DNA from: Candidatus Shapirobacteria bacterium
GTDB lineage: Bacteria > Patescibacteriota > Microgenomatia > PFEM01 > JAPLYW01
Length of the DNA: 61,822 nucleotides
Direction: 5' to 3'
Assembly: GCA_026395335.1 (NCBI GenBank)
Contig: JAPLYW010000015.1
Coordinates: 1 to 61,822 of the forward strand
Shown here: one piece after another, positions 1-10,799 of the stretch
Numbering within the stretch: the stretch's first letter is position 1
Layout of the letters: each line of letters starts with the position of its first letter
Translations under genes and position numbers: made by a program
The notes under the pieces: generated by a model
Database searches by the model: none
Seen by the model: the letters and a program-made list of their open reading frames with translations, nothing else
What the model was told of the DNA's origin: nothing

Positions 1-1608
1 AGTGGAAACACTGTAACAAATAATACTATCTCTAATAACGGTACAAACGGTATTGAGATATCAGCCGCAAGCAATAATACCATTACAGGCAACACTATAA
101 CAGGTAACTCAAACGGTCTTTTGGTAAGACGTACTTCAATTGTACCAGTAAATAATTCCATTAATGAAAATAATATTTCAGGCAACACGGGGTATGGTCT
201 TTCTACAGATATTACCGGGGCAGATCCAGCTATTGATGCCACCACCAACTGGTGGGGCGCAGTTTCAGGGCCAGGTGAAGTGGGTACTGGAACTGGCGAC
301 AAGGTGAGTACAGGTGTTTCTTTTAGCCCTTGGTATATAAATGCAGAAAAAACGACACGATCAAATTCAATAACTCTTACCGTTAATTCAGGAGGAAATG
401 GAACTGCCGGCCCCGCAGGAACCTATAGTTATGGAGATGTAGTCACCTTAACTAATTCACCAGCAACAAATTATCATTTTGTAAATTGGACTGGAGATGC
501 AGACTGTACAGATGGTTCAGTTACAATGAATGCAAATGTTACCTGTACTGCAAATTTTGCGATCGATACTCACATCGTTACTTTCGATAAAAATGGTGGA
601 ACTACTGAATCTGATCCAACAACAAGAACTACTAATTACAACACAACAGTAACCCTACCAACCGCTCCAACAAAAATAGGTTATACATTTGATAGTTGGA
701 AAACTGCAGCCGATGGTTCTGGTACTACGTTTAATGCCTCAACTCCTGTTACTGATAATGTAATAGTGTATGCAAAATGGATGGCAAATCAGACGATTAT
801 CTTTGGCACATTGGGAGGTAAGACTTATGGTAATATTGATTTTCTCGTGAGTGCAACAAGTGATTCAGGACTGACAGTAGCATTCGCTGCTCAGACTCTT
901 GGAGTATGTACGGTAACTGACACGACAGTTCACATTGTTTCTGCGGGTGATTGTACAATTAGAGCTTCACAAGCAGGAAATGGTATTTACAATCCCGCTG
1001 GCAATGTTGATCAAACATTTACAATTGCAAAAGCAACTCCAATTATTGTTGTTACCCCATATTCTGTAACGTATGATGCCAACCCTCATACTGCTTCGGG
1101 AACTGCAAAAGGTGTTTCGAATGAGGATTTGGTAGGGCTTGTTCTTACTGGAACGACACACACTAATGCTGGTGATTATCCAACTGATGCATGGGGTTAC
1201 ACCGATGTAACAGGTAATTACAATAATGCCAGTGGCACTGTACATGATGCAATTGCTCAAAAACAATTGACTATTGCTTCTCCTGATTTGACGCTGTCAA
1301 AGACATACGACGGAAGCACCACAGCGGTAGTGACAGCAGGTGCTTTGGGTGAAGTTATTAGTCCTGATGTTGTGACCGTTAGTGCAATCGCGAATTATGA
1401 TACCGATGCAATTGGAACTGGCAAGACTATAACAATTGTCTACACTTTGGGTGGCGCAAGTTTTGGTAACTATATCAAACCAGTGAACGGAACGAATGTA
1501 AATGGCATCATCCTTTCTGATGCGCAAGATATTCCTGATGAATCTGGCGATGCGACCCAACAATCGATGTCAGCGCGTTTGTTAGTGACAATGAAGAAGG
1601 AGGAGTAG
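1..1608 (+). CDS. Large secreted/surface adhesin-like protein, 5' end outside window (parallel beta-helix repeats, InlB-type B-repeats, MBG/YDG Ig-like repeats)
   Basis: Frame 1 is open from nt 1 (SGNTVTNNTISNNGTNGIEISAASNNTITGNTITGN...), so the ORF-track start at 121 is an internal TTG. NWWG motif after beta-helix turns; VTFDKNGG...GYTFDSWKT...VYAKW repeat; KTYDGSTTA repeat. Confidence 0.75.
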   Translation, partial: SGNTVTNNTISNNGTNGIEISAASNNTITGNTITGNSNGLLVRRTSIVPVNNSINENNISGNTGYGLSTDITGADPAIDATTNWWGAVSGPGEVGTGTGDKVSTGVSFSPWYINAEKTTRSNSITLTVNSGGNGTAGPAGTYSYGDVVTLTNSPATNYHFVNWTGDADCTDGSVTMNANVTCTANFAIDTHIVTFDKNGGTTESDPTTRTTNYNTTVTLPTAPTKIGYTFDSWKTAADGSGTTFNASTPVTDNVIVYAKWMANQTIIFGTLGGKTYGNIDFLVSATSDSGLTVAFAAQTLGVCTVTDTTVHIVSAGDCTIRASQAGNGIYNPAGNVDQTFTIAKATPIIVVTPYSVTYDANPHTASGTAKGVSNEDLVGLVLTGTTHTNAGDYPTDAWGYTDVTGNYNNASGTVHDAIAQKQLTIASPDLTLSKTYDGSTTAVVTAGALGEVISPDVVTVSAIANYDTDAIGTGKTITIVYTLGGASFGNYIKPVNGTNVNGIILSDAQDIPDESGDATQQSMSARLLVTMKKEE

Positions 1609-1643
1609 AAGGAATATTACCAAAAATTACCATTAATTCTGGT

Positions 1644-2642
1644 GTGGCTGATGTTGTTATTCCGGATGGAACAACTGTGGCAGGCCCTGCTGATTGGGAT
1701 GGAATAATCCAGGCGCCGATTTCCGGCACGCCAAGCGGAGGAAATGCTCCGGCAGGATTTAGTGTAGGCAGTACTGTTATTTCAGTTGGTTCGCCCGATG
1801 GGACGCTTACCTTCGATACTGCCGTTACCATAATGTTACCGGGTGTTACCGGAACTGTGGGTTACAGACCATCCGGGTCAGACACCTGGTATACGATAAC
1901 CACCTGCGGTGGAAGTTACGATACGCCAACTCTACCAACAGCTCCGGGCGAATGCGCAATCAATAATGGAACTGATACTAAAATTGTGACATATCACTTT
2001 ACGAGTTTTGGTTCATTAACGACTAATTCAACCAGCACTTCGAGTTCCACATCATCCGGGGGTGGGAGTGTAAGCGCTCCGGTTTGTAACGATACCAAGC
2101 CGGGAAGTGCTCCTACTCTTTTAAGCGCCATTGCCGGAGTTAATTCCGTGACCTTATCTTGGTCAAAAGCGACTAGTCCCGTCAGTTATTATTTGGTAGC
2201 TTACGGTAATACCTCTGGTGTTTATAGTTTTGGAAATCCTAATGTGGGTGATTTTAACACTACGAGCTATACGGTTAATGGTCTTTCCGGAAATACGACT
2301 TATTATTTTAAAGTCCGAGCAGGCAATGGTTGTATGCCGGGAGATTATTCCAATGAACTTTCTGCAACCCCAACCGGTGGTTTTGTTGCCGGTCCGGCGG
2401 CCGGTTTTGAAGAAGGAGTTTTAGGAACGACTACGACCACAGGGGAACAGACGACAGAAGAAGGCCAAGTTCTTGGAGGAGCCGGATCAACTCAAGCTGC
2501 GGTACAGAAAAATAATAATTTTGGACAAACTCTTATTTCGCAAGTTAGTCGTTTGGGTAAAATCAGAATTATTGGCATTATTATTCTTCTAATTGGACTA
2601 ACCTTTTTAATCTTTTCTCTTTTTAGAAAAAAACGTCAATAA
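1644..2642 (+). CDS. Fibronectin type III domain protein with C-terminal membrane anchor; probably the C-terminal part of the upstream adhesin, separated by a frameshift
   Basis: No N-terminal signal peptide and a GTG start. Fn3-like SVTLSWSKATSPVSYYLVAYG...YYFKVRAGN; C-terminal TM IRIIGIIILLIGLTFLIFSLF followed by RKKRQ. Its frame is already open from 1542, overlapping the upstream ORF tail. Confidence 0.7.
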   Translation: MADVVIPDGTTVAGPADWDGIIQAPISGTPSGGNAPAGFSVGSTVISVGSPDGTLTFDTAVTIMLPGVTGTVGYRPSGSDTWYTITTCGGSYDTPTLPTAPGECAINNGTDTKIVTYHFTSFGSLTTNSTSTSSSTSSGGGSVSAPVCNDTKPGSAPTLLSAIAGVNSVTLSWSKATSPVSYYLVAYGNTSGVYSFGNPNVGDFNTTSYTVNGLSGNTTYYFKVRAGNGCMPGDYSNELSATPTGGFVAGPAAGFEEGVLGTTTTTGEQTTEEGQVLGGAGSTQAAVQKNNNFGQTLISQVSRLGKIRIIGIIILLIGLTFLIFSLFRKKRQ

Positions 2643-2675
2643 AGTGGTTAAAAAGACAAGTTCCAAAAGAACCTG

Positions 2676-2704
2676 TTGACAGACAACTTTTTTTGTGTTA
2701 AATT
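2676..2704 (+). promoter_or_regulatory. Candidate sigma70-type promoter for rpoBC
   Basis: TTGACA (2676-2681), 16-17 nt spacer, TTAAAT/TAAATT (2698-2704). Followed by a 5' UTR with the GC-only hairpin AGCGCGC-ATA-GCGCGCT (2734-2750). Confidence 0.5.
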
Positions 2705-2778
2705 TTCTTTAATTAAATCTTTAAGTTAAGGATAGCGCGCATAGCGCGCTTAATTATTGTCGGGGAAAAAAATTATTA

Positions 2779-5700
2779 ATGATCTCCTTTAAAAAAGATA
2801 CAGGACGGGTTCTTTGGGGTAAAATTTATAAAAATCTACCCAAACTTGATTTGTTGTCCATTCAACAAGAATCCTATCGCTGGTTTATTGCGGAAGGATT
2901 AAATCAAGCTTTAGAAGAAATTTCCCCAATTAATGATTTTACCGGTAAAAACTGGGAAATCCAATTACAGAAACCGACTTTCGGTGATCCTCGTCATACA
3001 ATCGAACAGGCCTTGAGTAAAGGCCTTACTTATGATCGTCCTCTAAAAGTTGAAGCAATTTTAACCAATAAAAAAAACGGCAAGAAAAATAAACAAAAAG
3101 TCTTTTTAGGCGATATTCCTCATATGACTGAGACAGGGACTTTTATTATTAACGGTGTTGAGCGGGCAATTGTTAATCAACTAAGCCGTTCTTCTGGAGC
3201 ATTTTTTTCCGGTGAGGTTGATCGGGCTTCCGGTCGTATGCTTTATACATCGGATATTCGTCCCCTGCATGGTTCTTGGTTAGAAATAATGACTACCAGA
3301 AATAATATTATAAACGTTCGGGTTGATCGGCGCCGAAAATTCCCGATTACTACTTTATTGCGAATCTTTGGCTTTTCTACAGATGAAGAAATTTTATTAG
3401 CTTTTGCTGATGAGAAAAAAGCTAATGATTTTTTATTACCGACTTTAGAAAAAGATCAGACAAAAAATAGACAAGAGGCTCTTATTGAGTTTTATCAAAA
3501 ATTGAGACCTGGTGAACCGGTAGTTTTGGAAAATGCGCAAGAGTTGGTAGAAAATATGTTTTTTAACCGTCGTCGTTATAATTTAGGGAAAATCGGTCGC
3601 TTTAAAATTAACAAACGTTTAAATTTGGAAATTCCTAACGAGGCTGAAGGTTGGACTTTACAAAAACAAGATTTAATTGCCATTATTAAATATCTAATTA
3701 AATTACAAAACAATGAAGGTAAGGTTGATGATATTGATCATTTATCCAATCGAAGGATTAAAAGAGTAGGTGAACAATTAACGGAAGGCCCTTTTCGTAT
3801 TGGTTTTTTAAGATTAGAAAGAGCCATTAAAGAAAAAATGAGTTTGTTTTCACCAGAGGAAGAAGTAACTCCTTCTCGTTTGGTTAACGCTCGGTTATTG
3901 GTTGCCTCAATTAATGAATTTTTCCGCAGTAATCAACTTTCTACAATTTTAGATCAAACAAATCTTTTATCAGAAATTGATAATTTACGTAGAATTTCCG
4001 TCATGGGAAGTGGTGGCATCGCTCGGGAGAGAGCCTCTTTCTCTATTCGTGATATCCATTATTCTCAATATGGGCGTATTTGTCCGGTCAGAACTCCGGA
4101 AGGTCCTAACATCGGTTTAGTAACTTACTTTAGTTTATTTACCAAAATTAACGAATATGGCTTTTTGGAAGCCCCTTATTTTAAAGTTGAGAAAATTAAA
4201 GATGGCAAAAAAACTAAAATAAAAGTTATTTATGAAGCGATTTATTTAACCGCAGATGATGAACAAAAATATCATATTACTCATGCGGGGGTTAATGTTG
4301 ATGAAAATGGTTTTATTACTGATAACTGGGTCCCGGTTCGTTATAATGGAGAACTTTTAGAGGTAACTGCTGATAAAATAGATTTAATCGATATTGCTCC
4401 TATAGCTGTTTTTGGAACTTCTGCTTCTTTAATTCCTTTCTTATCTCACGATATGCCAGCCCGGGCTTTAATGGGAACACACATGCAATGTCAGGCTGTG
4501 CCTTTAATTAACCCGGAATCACCGATAATAGGAACTGGTATGGAAAAAGTTATCGCTCAAGCGATGAAGAGAGTAGTTTCAGCTCGTCACGATGGCAAAA
4601 TAACTTATGTCGATGCTGAAAAAATAGTTTTGAAAAAAAAAAAAAAAAAAACTGCAGAAGATACAGAGAATATTAAGATTAAAGGAAATGAAGAAACTTA
4701 TTCCTTAGTTAAATTTAAACGAACCAATCCTTATGGAACTTGTTTTTTACAAAAGCCTTTAGTCAAAGTTGGTGATGAGGTTAAAGTTGATGATCTTTTG
4801 ATTGACGGTCCTTGTTGCCAAAATGGGGAGCTAGCTTTAGGCCGTAATTTAATTATTGCTTATTGTTCTTTTCAAGGTTTGGAATATGAAGATGCAATTG
4901 TTATCTCTGATCGTTTAGCAAAAGAAGATGTTTTAACTTCCATTAGTATTGAAGAATACGAAACTTCTATGGTAGAAACAAAACTTGGGCCAGAAGAATT
5001 GACTCGTGATATTCCCAATGTTAGTGAAAATGATTTAGCTAATTTAGCTGAAGATGGTATCGTCATTGTTGGGAGCGAAATCGGGCCTAATGACATTTTG
5101 GTTGGGAAAATTGCCCCTAAAGGCGAAACAGAGTTGACAGCAGAAGAACGTTTATTAAGAGCTATTTTTGGCGAGAAAGCTAGGGAAGTTAAAGATACTT
5201 CTTTAAGAGTTCCTCATGGTGAATCAGGAACCGTTATCGATGTTCAAATTTTGGATCGTGATAAAGGAGATGAATTAGAAGCGGGTGCTATTAAAAAGGT
5301 GATTGTTCGTGTCGCTCAAATTAGAAAAATAATGGTTGGTGATAAAGTAGCCGGTCGTCATGGTAATAAAGGAGTTATTTCTAAAATTGTTTCTGCGGCC
5401 GATATGCCCTTCTTGCCAGATGGTACACCAATTGATATTATTATTTCGCCATTATCAGTTTTGGCCAGGATGAATTTAGGCCAATTATTTGAAACCCATT
5501 TAGGTTGGGCAGCTGCTAAATTAGGTTATAAAGTAGCTGCTCCGGTTTTTGAAAAAATTGATGAAAAGCAAATTATTGATGAGTTGAAAAAAGCTGGTTT
5601 ACCAATAGATGGTAAAGTCCGTTTACGCGATGGTCGAACAGGAGAACTTTCTCAAGAAAAAACTGTAGTTGGTATTAGCTATATTTTAAAATTAGTCCAT

Positions 5701-6135
5701 ATGGTTGAAGATAAAGTTCATGCTCGTTCCACAGGACCATATTCTTTAGTTACTCAGCAACCGTTGGGTGGTAAAGCGCAAATGGGGGGACAGCGTTTGG
5801 GAGAAATGGAAGTTTGGGCCCTAGAAGCTCATCGGGCCGCTTATACATTACAAGAAATGTTAACGGTTAAAAGTGATGATGTGGTTGGTCGAGCTAAAAC
5901 TTTTGAAGCTATTGTCAAGGGAATTGAAGTTCCTGAATCAACCATTCCTGAATCTTTTAAAGTTTTGGTTAAAGAGTTAAACAGTTTGTCTTTAGATATT
6001 ATTCCTTTAGACACTGTTCAATCTCATGTTAACGATGAAGAAGAAACAGAAGTAGTAAAAATGAAAGAAGAAGCTCAAGTTAAAGATAAAAAAGAAATAC
6101 AGGTAGAAAAAGAAAATAAAGAGGAAGAAAAATAA
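2779..6135 (+). CDS. rpoB: DNA-directed RNA polymerase subunit beta
   Basis: 1118 aa with conserved blocks GTFIINGVERAIVNQL, RISVMGSGG, GRHGNKGVISKIV, GGQRLGEMEVWALEAH. Acidic/K-rich C-terminal tail. Confidence 0.97.
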   Translation: MISFKKDTGRVLWGKIYKNLPKLDLLSIQQESYRWFIAEGLNQALEEISPINDFTGKNWEIQLQKPTFGDPRHTIEQALSKGLTYDRPLKVEAILTNKKNGKKNKQKVFLGDIPHMTETGTFIINGVERAIVNQLSRSSGAFFSGEVDRASGRMLYTSDIRPLHGSWLEIMTTRNNIINVRVDRRRKFPITTLLRIFGFSTDEEILLAFADEKKANDFLLPTLEKDQTKNRQEALIEFYQKLRPGEPVVLENAQELVENMFFNRRRYNLGKIGRFKINKRLNLEIPNEAEGWTLQKQDLIAIIKYLIKLQNNEGKVDDIDHLSNRRIKRVGEQLTEGPFRIGFLRLERAIKEKMSLFSPEEEVTPSRLVNARLLVASINEFFRSNQLSTILDQTNLLSEIDNLRRISVMGSGGIARERASFSIRDIHYSQYGRICPVRTPEGPNIGLVTYFSLFTKINEYGFLEAPYFKVEKIKDGKKTKIKVIYEAIYLTADDEQKYHITHAGVNVDENGFITDNWVPVRYNGELLEVTADKIDLIDIAPIAVFGTSASLIPFLSHDMPARALMGTHMQCQAVPLINPESPIIGTGMEKVIAQAMKRVVSARHDGKITYVDAEKIVLKKKKKKTAEDTENIKIKGNEETYSLVKFKRTNPYGTCFLQKPLVKVGDEVKVDDLLIDGPCCQNGELALGRNLIIAYCSFQGLEYEDAIVISDRLAKEDVLTSISIEEYETSMVETKLGPEELTRDIPNVSENDLANLAEDGIVIVGSEIGPNDILVGKIAPKGETELTAEERLLRAIFGEKAREVKDTSLRVPHGESGTVIDVQILDRDKGDELEAGAIKKVIVRVAQIRKIMVGDKVAGRHGNKGVISKIVSAADMPFLPDGTPIDIIISPLSVLARMNLGQLFETHLGWAAAKLGYKVAAPVFEKIDEKQIIDELKKAGLPIDGKVRLRDGRTGELSQEKTVVGISYILKLVHMVEDKVHARSTGPYSLVTQQPLGGKAQMGGQRLGEMEVWALEAHRAAYTLQEMLTVKSDDVVGRAKTFEAIVKGIEVPESTIPESFKVLVKELNSLSLDIIPLDTVQSHVNDEEETEVVKMKEEAQVKDKKEIQVEKENKEEEK

Positions 6136-9100
6136 ATGGATAATAAAATTATTGATTTTTCCAGATTAAAAATTAAGTTAGCCTCTCCAGAGACAATTCT
6201 TTCTTGGTCTAAAGGAGAAGTAACTAAACCAGAAACAATTAATTATCGAACATTAAAACCAGAAAAAGACGGTTTATTCTGTGAACGCATTTTTGGTCCA
6301 ACTAAAGATTGGGAATGTTATTGTGGTAAATATAAAAGAATTCGTTACAGAGGAATTATTTGCGATCGCTGTGGTGTTGAAGTAACCCAATCGCGTGTAC
6401 GCCGGGAAAGAATGGGCCATATTAATTTAGCTACGCCGGTGGCTCACATTTGGTTTTTTAAAGGTGGACCATCAAAACTTTCCTTGCTTTTAGATATTTC
6501 TCCTCATGAATTGGAATCTGTAATTTATTTTGCTCAATATTTAGTAACTGAAGCTGATCAGGAAAAGAAAAAAGAAATCTTAGCTCAAATAGATAAGGAA
6601 ACGGAAGAGAAGATCAAAGAGCTTAATAAAAATTTAGAAATTCAAATTAAAGAAATTGAAAAAGATAGCGAGAAAGGGATTAAAGAGACTCAGAAAAAAA
6701 TCAAAAATAAAGATCAAGAACTTTTAGCTTGTGAAGAACTTAAATTACGTGCTAAACAAAAAATTCAAAATTTAAGAGATGAAATAATTTTAGAACAGGA
6801 AAAACTTCATGAAAATGCTAAAGTCATGACAGAGTTGATCCAAAGAATTAAAGAATTAAGTCTTTTAAATGAAGAAGAATATTTCCGTTTGGCTTCTTAT
6901 AAAGCTTTATCTTTCTTTAAAATTGGTATGGGGGCTGAAGTCCTTTTGGAAGTTATAAAAAAACTTGATTTAGATAAACTTTTAGTTGATTTACGTCAAG
7001 AAGTTAAAGAAAGTACTGGGGCTCGTCATATTAAAGCCACTAAAAGGCTGATTCTAATTGAAGGAATGAGAAAAGCAGAAGTAAACCCAGCTTGGATGAT
7101 TATTCAAGTTTTACCGGTAATTCCTCCAGATTTACGGCCAATGGTTCAACTTTCTGGGGGTCGTTTTGCCACCAGTGATTTGAATGATCTTTATCGACGT
7201 GTTATTAATCGCAATAATCGTTTAAAACATTTAATTGATTTAGGAGCTCCGCAGATTATTTTAAGAAATGAAAAAAGAATGCTCCAGGAAGCTGTTGATA
7301 GTCTAATTGATGCCACTAAAAGTCCGGTTCAGCGTTTGCGCCGCCAAGTTAAACCTTCACGTTGTTTGTCCGATATTTTAAGAGGGAAACAAGGTCGTTT
7401 TCGTCAAAATCTTTTAGGGAAAAGAGTTGATTATTCCGGTCGTTCAGTTATTGTTGTCGGTCCTGATTTAAAGTTAACCCAGTGTGGTTTACCTAAAGAA
7501 ATGGCCTTAGAGATGTTTAAGCCTTTTGTTTTACATGAATTAATTTTGTCTGGTTTAGCTCCTAATGTTAAGAGCGCTAAATATTTTTTAGAACATCGTC
7601 CGCCGGAAGTTTATGATATTTTGGAAAAAATTACTAAAGATCATCTGGTTTTATTAAACCGGGCACCGACTTTACACAAATTAGGGATTCAAGCTTTTTA
7701 TCCAATTTTGGTTGAAGGTAATGCTATTAAGATTCATCCTTGTGTTTGTAAAGGTTATAATGCTGATTTTGACGGTGATCAGATGGCTGTTCATATTCCA
7801 TTAGGTAAAAAAGCTCAAGAAGAAGCTGTTAAATATTTAAGATCAGATAATAATCTTTTAAAACCTTCTGATGGTTCACCGGTGGCTATCCCGGATAAAG
7901 AAATGGCTTTAGGCTGTTATTTCCTAACTTCTGTTGATAGTCGTTTACCTCTATTTCCAACAATTTTCTCTGATAAAGAAGAAACAATTTTAGCTTATCA
8001 GGAAGAAAAAATAAATTTAAGACAATTTATTAAAGTTCGTTTAAATAAAGAAATTATTCAAACTACTGTTGGCCGAATTCTTTTTAACGAAGTCTTGCCG
8101 GAAGAAATGCCTTTTGTTAATGATAACATTCGTCAAAAAACTATTCAATCTTTAGTTACCAAAGCAATTCAAGTTTGTGAACGAGAAAAAGTGGTGAAAC
8201 TAATCGATAGTTTTAAAGATTTAGGCTTTTGTTTTTCAACAAAAGCTGGTTTATCAGCCGGTATTTTTGACTGTAAAATTTATCCACAAAAAAGTGAAAT
8301 TATTAAAGCCTCCAATGAAAAAGCTAACGTATTAGAGAAAAATTTTGCTGAAGGCTTAATTACAGAAGAAGAAAAACGTCGATTAGCTAAAGAAATTTGG
8401 ATGGATACTTCTGATGAGTTAGCTGATTTAACTTGGCAACAATTTGAACCAGAGAATAGCATCCGTTTAATTATTGACGCTGGTTTAGGTAGAACTTCTA
8501 AAGACCAAGTTAAACAACTTTCAGCGATGCAAGGTTTGGTAGTTGATCCAATGGGTAAAATTGTGGAGTTACCGATTAAGTCTAATTATCGGGAAGGTTT
8601 TTCCGTTTTTGAATACGTAACTTCTGCTCGCGGTTCGCGTAAAGGTTTAACTGATACTGCTTTGAAAACTTCTGATGCCGGTTATTTAACTCGTCGTTTA
8701 GTAGACGCAGTTCATGATCTTATTTTGCGAGAAGATGATTGTCATACAGATAAGGGAATTATTATCAGTCGTGAAAAAGGCAAAAAAAGAGCTGAGAAAT
8801 TTTTTGATCGTCTCAAGGGAAGAATTCTGGCAGCTTCGATAATTAATCCTAAAGATAAAAAAGTTTTATTAAAGAAAGGTGAATTAATAACTGAAGAAAA
8901 TATAGAAACCTTAGAACACCATAATATTTTAGAAGTTACGGTTCGTTCGCCTTTAACTTGTGAATCTAAATATGGTCTTTGTGTGGCTTGTTACGGTTGG
9001 GATCAAAGCAATAAAAAACTGGCTGAAATCGGAACTCCAGCTGGAGTTTTGGCCGCTCAATCAATTGGTGAACCAGGGACACAGTTAACTTTGAAGACTA

Positions 9101-9837
9101 AACACTTTGGTGGAATTGTTGTTTCTGATGTGACACAAGGTTTACCGAGAGTTGAAGAAATCTTTGAAGCACGTTTACCTAAAGTTGTTTCTCCGTTAGC
9201 CGAAATCGCCGGGAAAGTTAGTATTCTTGAAGAAGAAGATGGTTATAAGGTACGGGTTAAAACTACGAGTAAACCAGTGGAAGAAATGGAATATATAATT
9301 CCTTTAACAAGTAAGTTAAATGTTGAAGAAGGCCAATTAGTAGGTGTTGGGACTCAATTGGCTTCAGGGGCTTTAGATATTAAAGATATTTTACAAATTC
9401 GCGGTTTACAAGCAGCTCAAGAATATCTTATTGAGGAGTTACAGGCGGTTTATGAATCTCAAGGAATTCCAATTCATGATAAACATTTTGAAGTTATTGC
9501 TCGTCGTATGAGTGATAAAGTTCGTGTAGAAACAACTGGTGATACGGCTTTATTAGCTGGTGAATTTGTCAGTAAAGCGCGTTTCGAAGAAGAAAACTCT
9601 CGAATTTTAGCTGAAGGTGGTGAACCGTCTACAGCTCAAGTAGTAGTTCTTGGTTTAACTCGGGTTTCTTTATACACCGATTCTTGGTTGTCAGCCGCTT
9701 CTTTTCAAGAGACTACAAATATTTTGACCGATGCTGCTTTAGAAGGCAAAGAAGACAAATTGGTTGGTCTTAAAGAGAATGTTATTATTGGTCGACTAAT
9801 TCCAGTTATTCCAGAAAGAGCCAAAATTGAATCTTAA
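6136..9837 (+). CDS. rpoC: DNA-directed RNA polymerase subunit beta'
   Basis: 1233 aa. Zn-finger [20 protein letters not shown], catalytic [27 protein letters not shown]. Starts directly after the rpoB stop, with GAGGAAG upstream. Confidence 0.97.
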   Translation: MDNKIIDFSRLKIKLASPETILSWSKGEVTKPETINYRTLKPEKDGLFCERIFGPTKDWECYCGKYKRIRYRGIICDRCGVEVTQSRVRRERMGHINLATPVAHIWFFKGGPSKLSLLLDISPHELESVIYFAQYLVTEADQEKKKEILAQIDKETEEKIKELNKNLEIQIKEIEKDSEKGIKETQKKIKNKDQELLACEELKLRAKQKIQNLRDEIILEQEKLHENAKVMTELIQRIKELSLLNEEEYFRLASYKALSFFKIGMGAEVLLEVIKKLDLDKLLVDLRQEVKESTGARHIKATKRLILIEGMRKAEVNPAWMIIQVLPVIPPDLRPMVQLSGGRFATSDLNDLYRRVINRNNRLKHLIDLGAPQIILRNEKRMLQEAVDSLIDATKSPVQRLRRQVKPSRCLSDILRGKQGRFRQNLLGKRVDYSGRSVIVVGPDLKLTQCGLPKEMALEMFKPFVLHELILSGLAPNVKSAKYFLEHRPPEVYDILEKITKDHLVLLNRAPTLHKLGIQAFYPILVEGNAIKIHPCVCKGYNADFDGDQMAVHIPLGKKAQEEAVKYLRSDNNLLKPSDGSPVAIPDKEMALGCYFLTSVDSRLPLFPTIFSDKEETILAYQEEKINLRQFIKVRLNKEIIQTTVGRILFNEVLPEEMPFVNDNIRQKTIQSLVTKAIQVCEREKVVKLIDSFKDLGFCFSTKAGLSAGIFDCKIYPQKSEIIKASNEKANVLEKNFAEGLITEEEKRRLAKEIWMDTSDELADLTWQQFEPENSIRLIIDAGLGRTSKDQVKQLSAMQGLVVDPMGKIVELPIKSNYREGFSVFEYVTSARGSRKGLTDTALKTSDAGYLTRRLVDAVHDLILREDDCHTDKGIIISREKGKKRAEKFFDRLKGRILAASIINPKDKKVLLKKGELITEENIETLEHHNILEVTVRSPLTCESKYGLCVACYGWDQSNKKLAEIGTPAGVLAAQSIGEPGTQLTLKTKHFGGIVVSDVTQGLPRVEEIFEARLPKVVSPLAEIAGKVSILEEEDGYKVRVKTTSKPVEEMEYIIPLTSKLNVEEGQLVGVGTQLASGALDIKDILQIRGLQAAQEYLIEELQAVYESQGIPIHDKHFEVIARRMSDKVRVETTGDTALLAGEFVSKARFEEENSRILAEGGEPSTAQVVVLGLTRVSLYTDSWLSAASFQETTNILTDAALEGKEDKLVGLKENVIIGRLIPVIPERAKIES

Positions 9838-9863
9838 TTATAAATCTGTTAAAATTTAACGTC

Positions 9864-10304
9864 ATGCCAACAATTAACCAATTAGTCCGTAAGGGACGAA
9901 AAAAAATCAATAAAAAGATTCGGGCAACAGCTTTAAGAAAAAGTTTTAATTCTCGTATCCAAAAAATGAGTTCAACAATTAATCCGCAAAAACGTGGTGT
10001 GGTTTTATTGGTAAAAACTATGGTGCCAAAAAAACCTAATTCGGCCTTACGAAAAGTAGCTAGAGTTAAATTATCTAATAAACAAGAAGTAACAGCTTAT
10101 ATCCAAGGTGAAGGCCATAGTTTAGCTGAACACGGAATTGTTATGGTCAGAGGCGGTCGGGTTAAGGATCTGCCTGGGGTAAAATACCATTTAGTTAGAG
10201 GTAAATTTGATCTAGCTGGAGTCGAAGGACGGAAAAAAGCCAGATCAAAATATGGGACTAGAAAAGAAGGAGGAGCTGTTCGAGCGAAAGCGAAAACAGT
10301 TTAA
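9864..10304 (+). CDS. rpsL: 30S ribosomal protein S12
   Basis: [12 protein letters not shown]..., [31 protein letters not shown]. Confidence 0.96.
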   Translation: MPTINQLVRKGRKKINKKIRATALRKSFNSRIQKMSSTINPQKRGVVLLVKTMVPKKPNSALRKVARVKLSNKQEVTAYIQGEGHSLAEHGIVMVRGGRVKDLPGVKYHLVRGKFDLAGVEGRKKARSKYGTRKEGGAVRAKAKTV

Positions 10305-10310
10305 TTTTAA

Positions 10311-10799
10311 ATGCCAAGAGCCGGAAAAGTTAAAAAAAGAACTTCAATACCTGATCCAATTTATCAAAGCTATCTAGTGGCTCATTTAATTAATCATTTA
10401 ATGATTAGCGGTAAAAAATCAATAGCTCAAAAACAAGTTTACCAAGCTTTAGAATTTTTAGTTAAAGAGAAAGAAAAAGAAAATCTTAAGGCTCTAGATA
10501 TTTTAAGTACGGCTTTAGAAAATATTAAACCAGCGATGGAAGTTCGTTCTCGTCGTATTGGCGGAGCGGCTTATCAAGTTCCGGCTCCAGTTAGAACCGA
10601 ACGCCGAGAATCTTTAGCTTTACGTTGGTTAATTAATGCGGCTAGGTCTCGTTCCAATAAAGAATACCATCACTTTTGGCAAAAATTGGCAGCGGAAATT
10701 TTGGATGCCTATAATAATACCGGAGCCGCGATTAAGAAAAAACAGGACGTTCATAAAATGGCAGATGCCAACAAAGCTTTTGCTCATTTCAGATGGTAG
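10311..10799 (+). CDS. rpsG: 30S ribosomal protein S7
   Basis: PDPIYQS..., VRSRRIGGAAYQVP, C-terminal ANKAFAHFRW. Confidence 0.96.
   Translation: MPRAGKVKKRTSIPDPIYQSYLVAHLINHLMISGKKSIAQKQVYQALEFLVKEKEKENLKALDILSTALENIKPAMEVRSRRIGGAAYQVPAPVRTERRESLALRWLINAARSRSNKEYHHFWQKLAAEILDAYNNTGAAIKKKQDVHKMADANKAFAHFRW

Noticed and set aside
8279-8289. DnaA-box-like TTATCCACA matches (also near 23651) and a half parS-like TGTTTCAC at about 36596.
   Set aside because: These are isolated single matches inside coding sequence or half-sites only. There is no clustering or AT-rich unwinding element, so they give no evidence for an origin or partition site.
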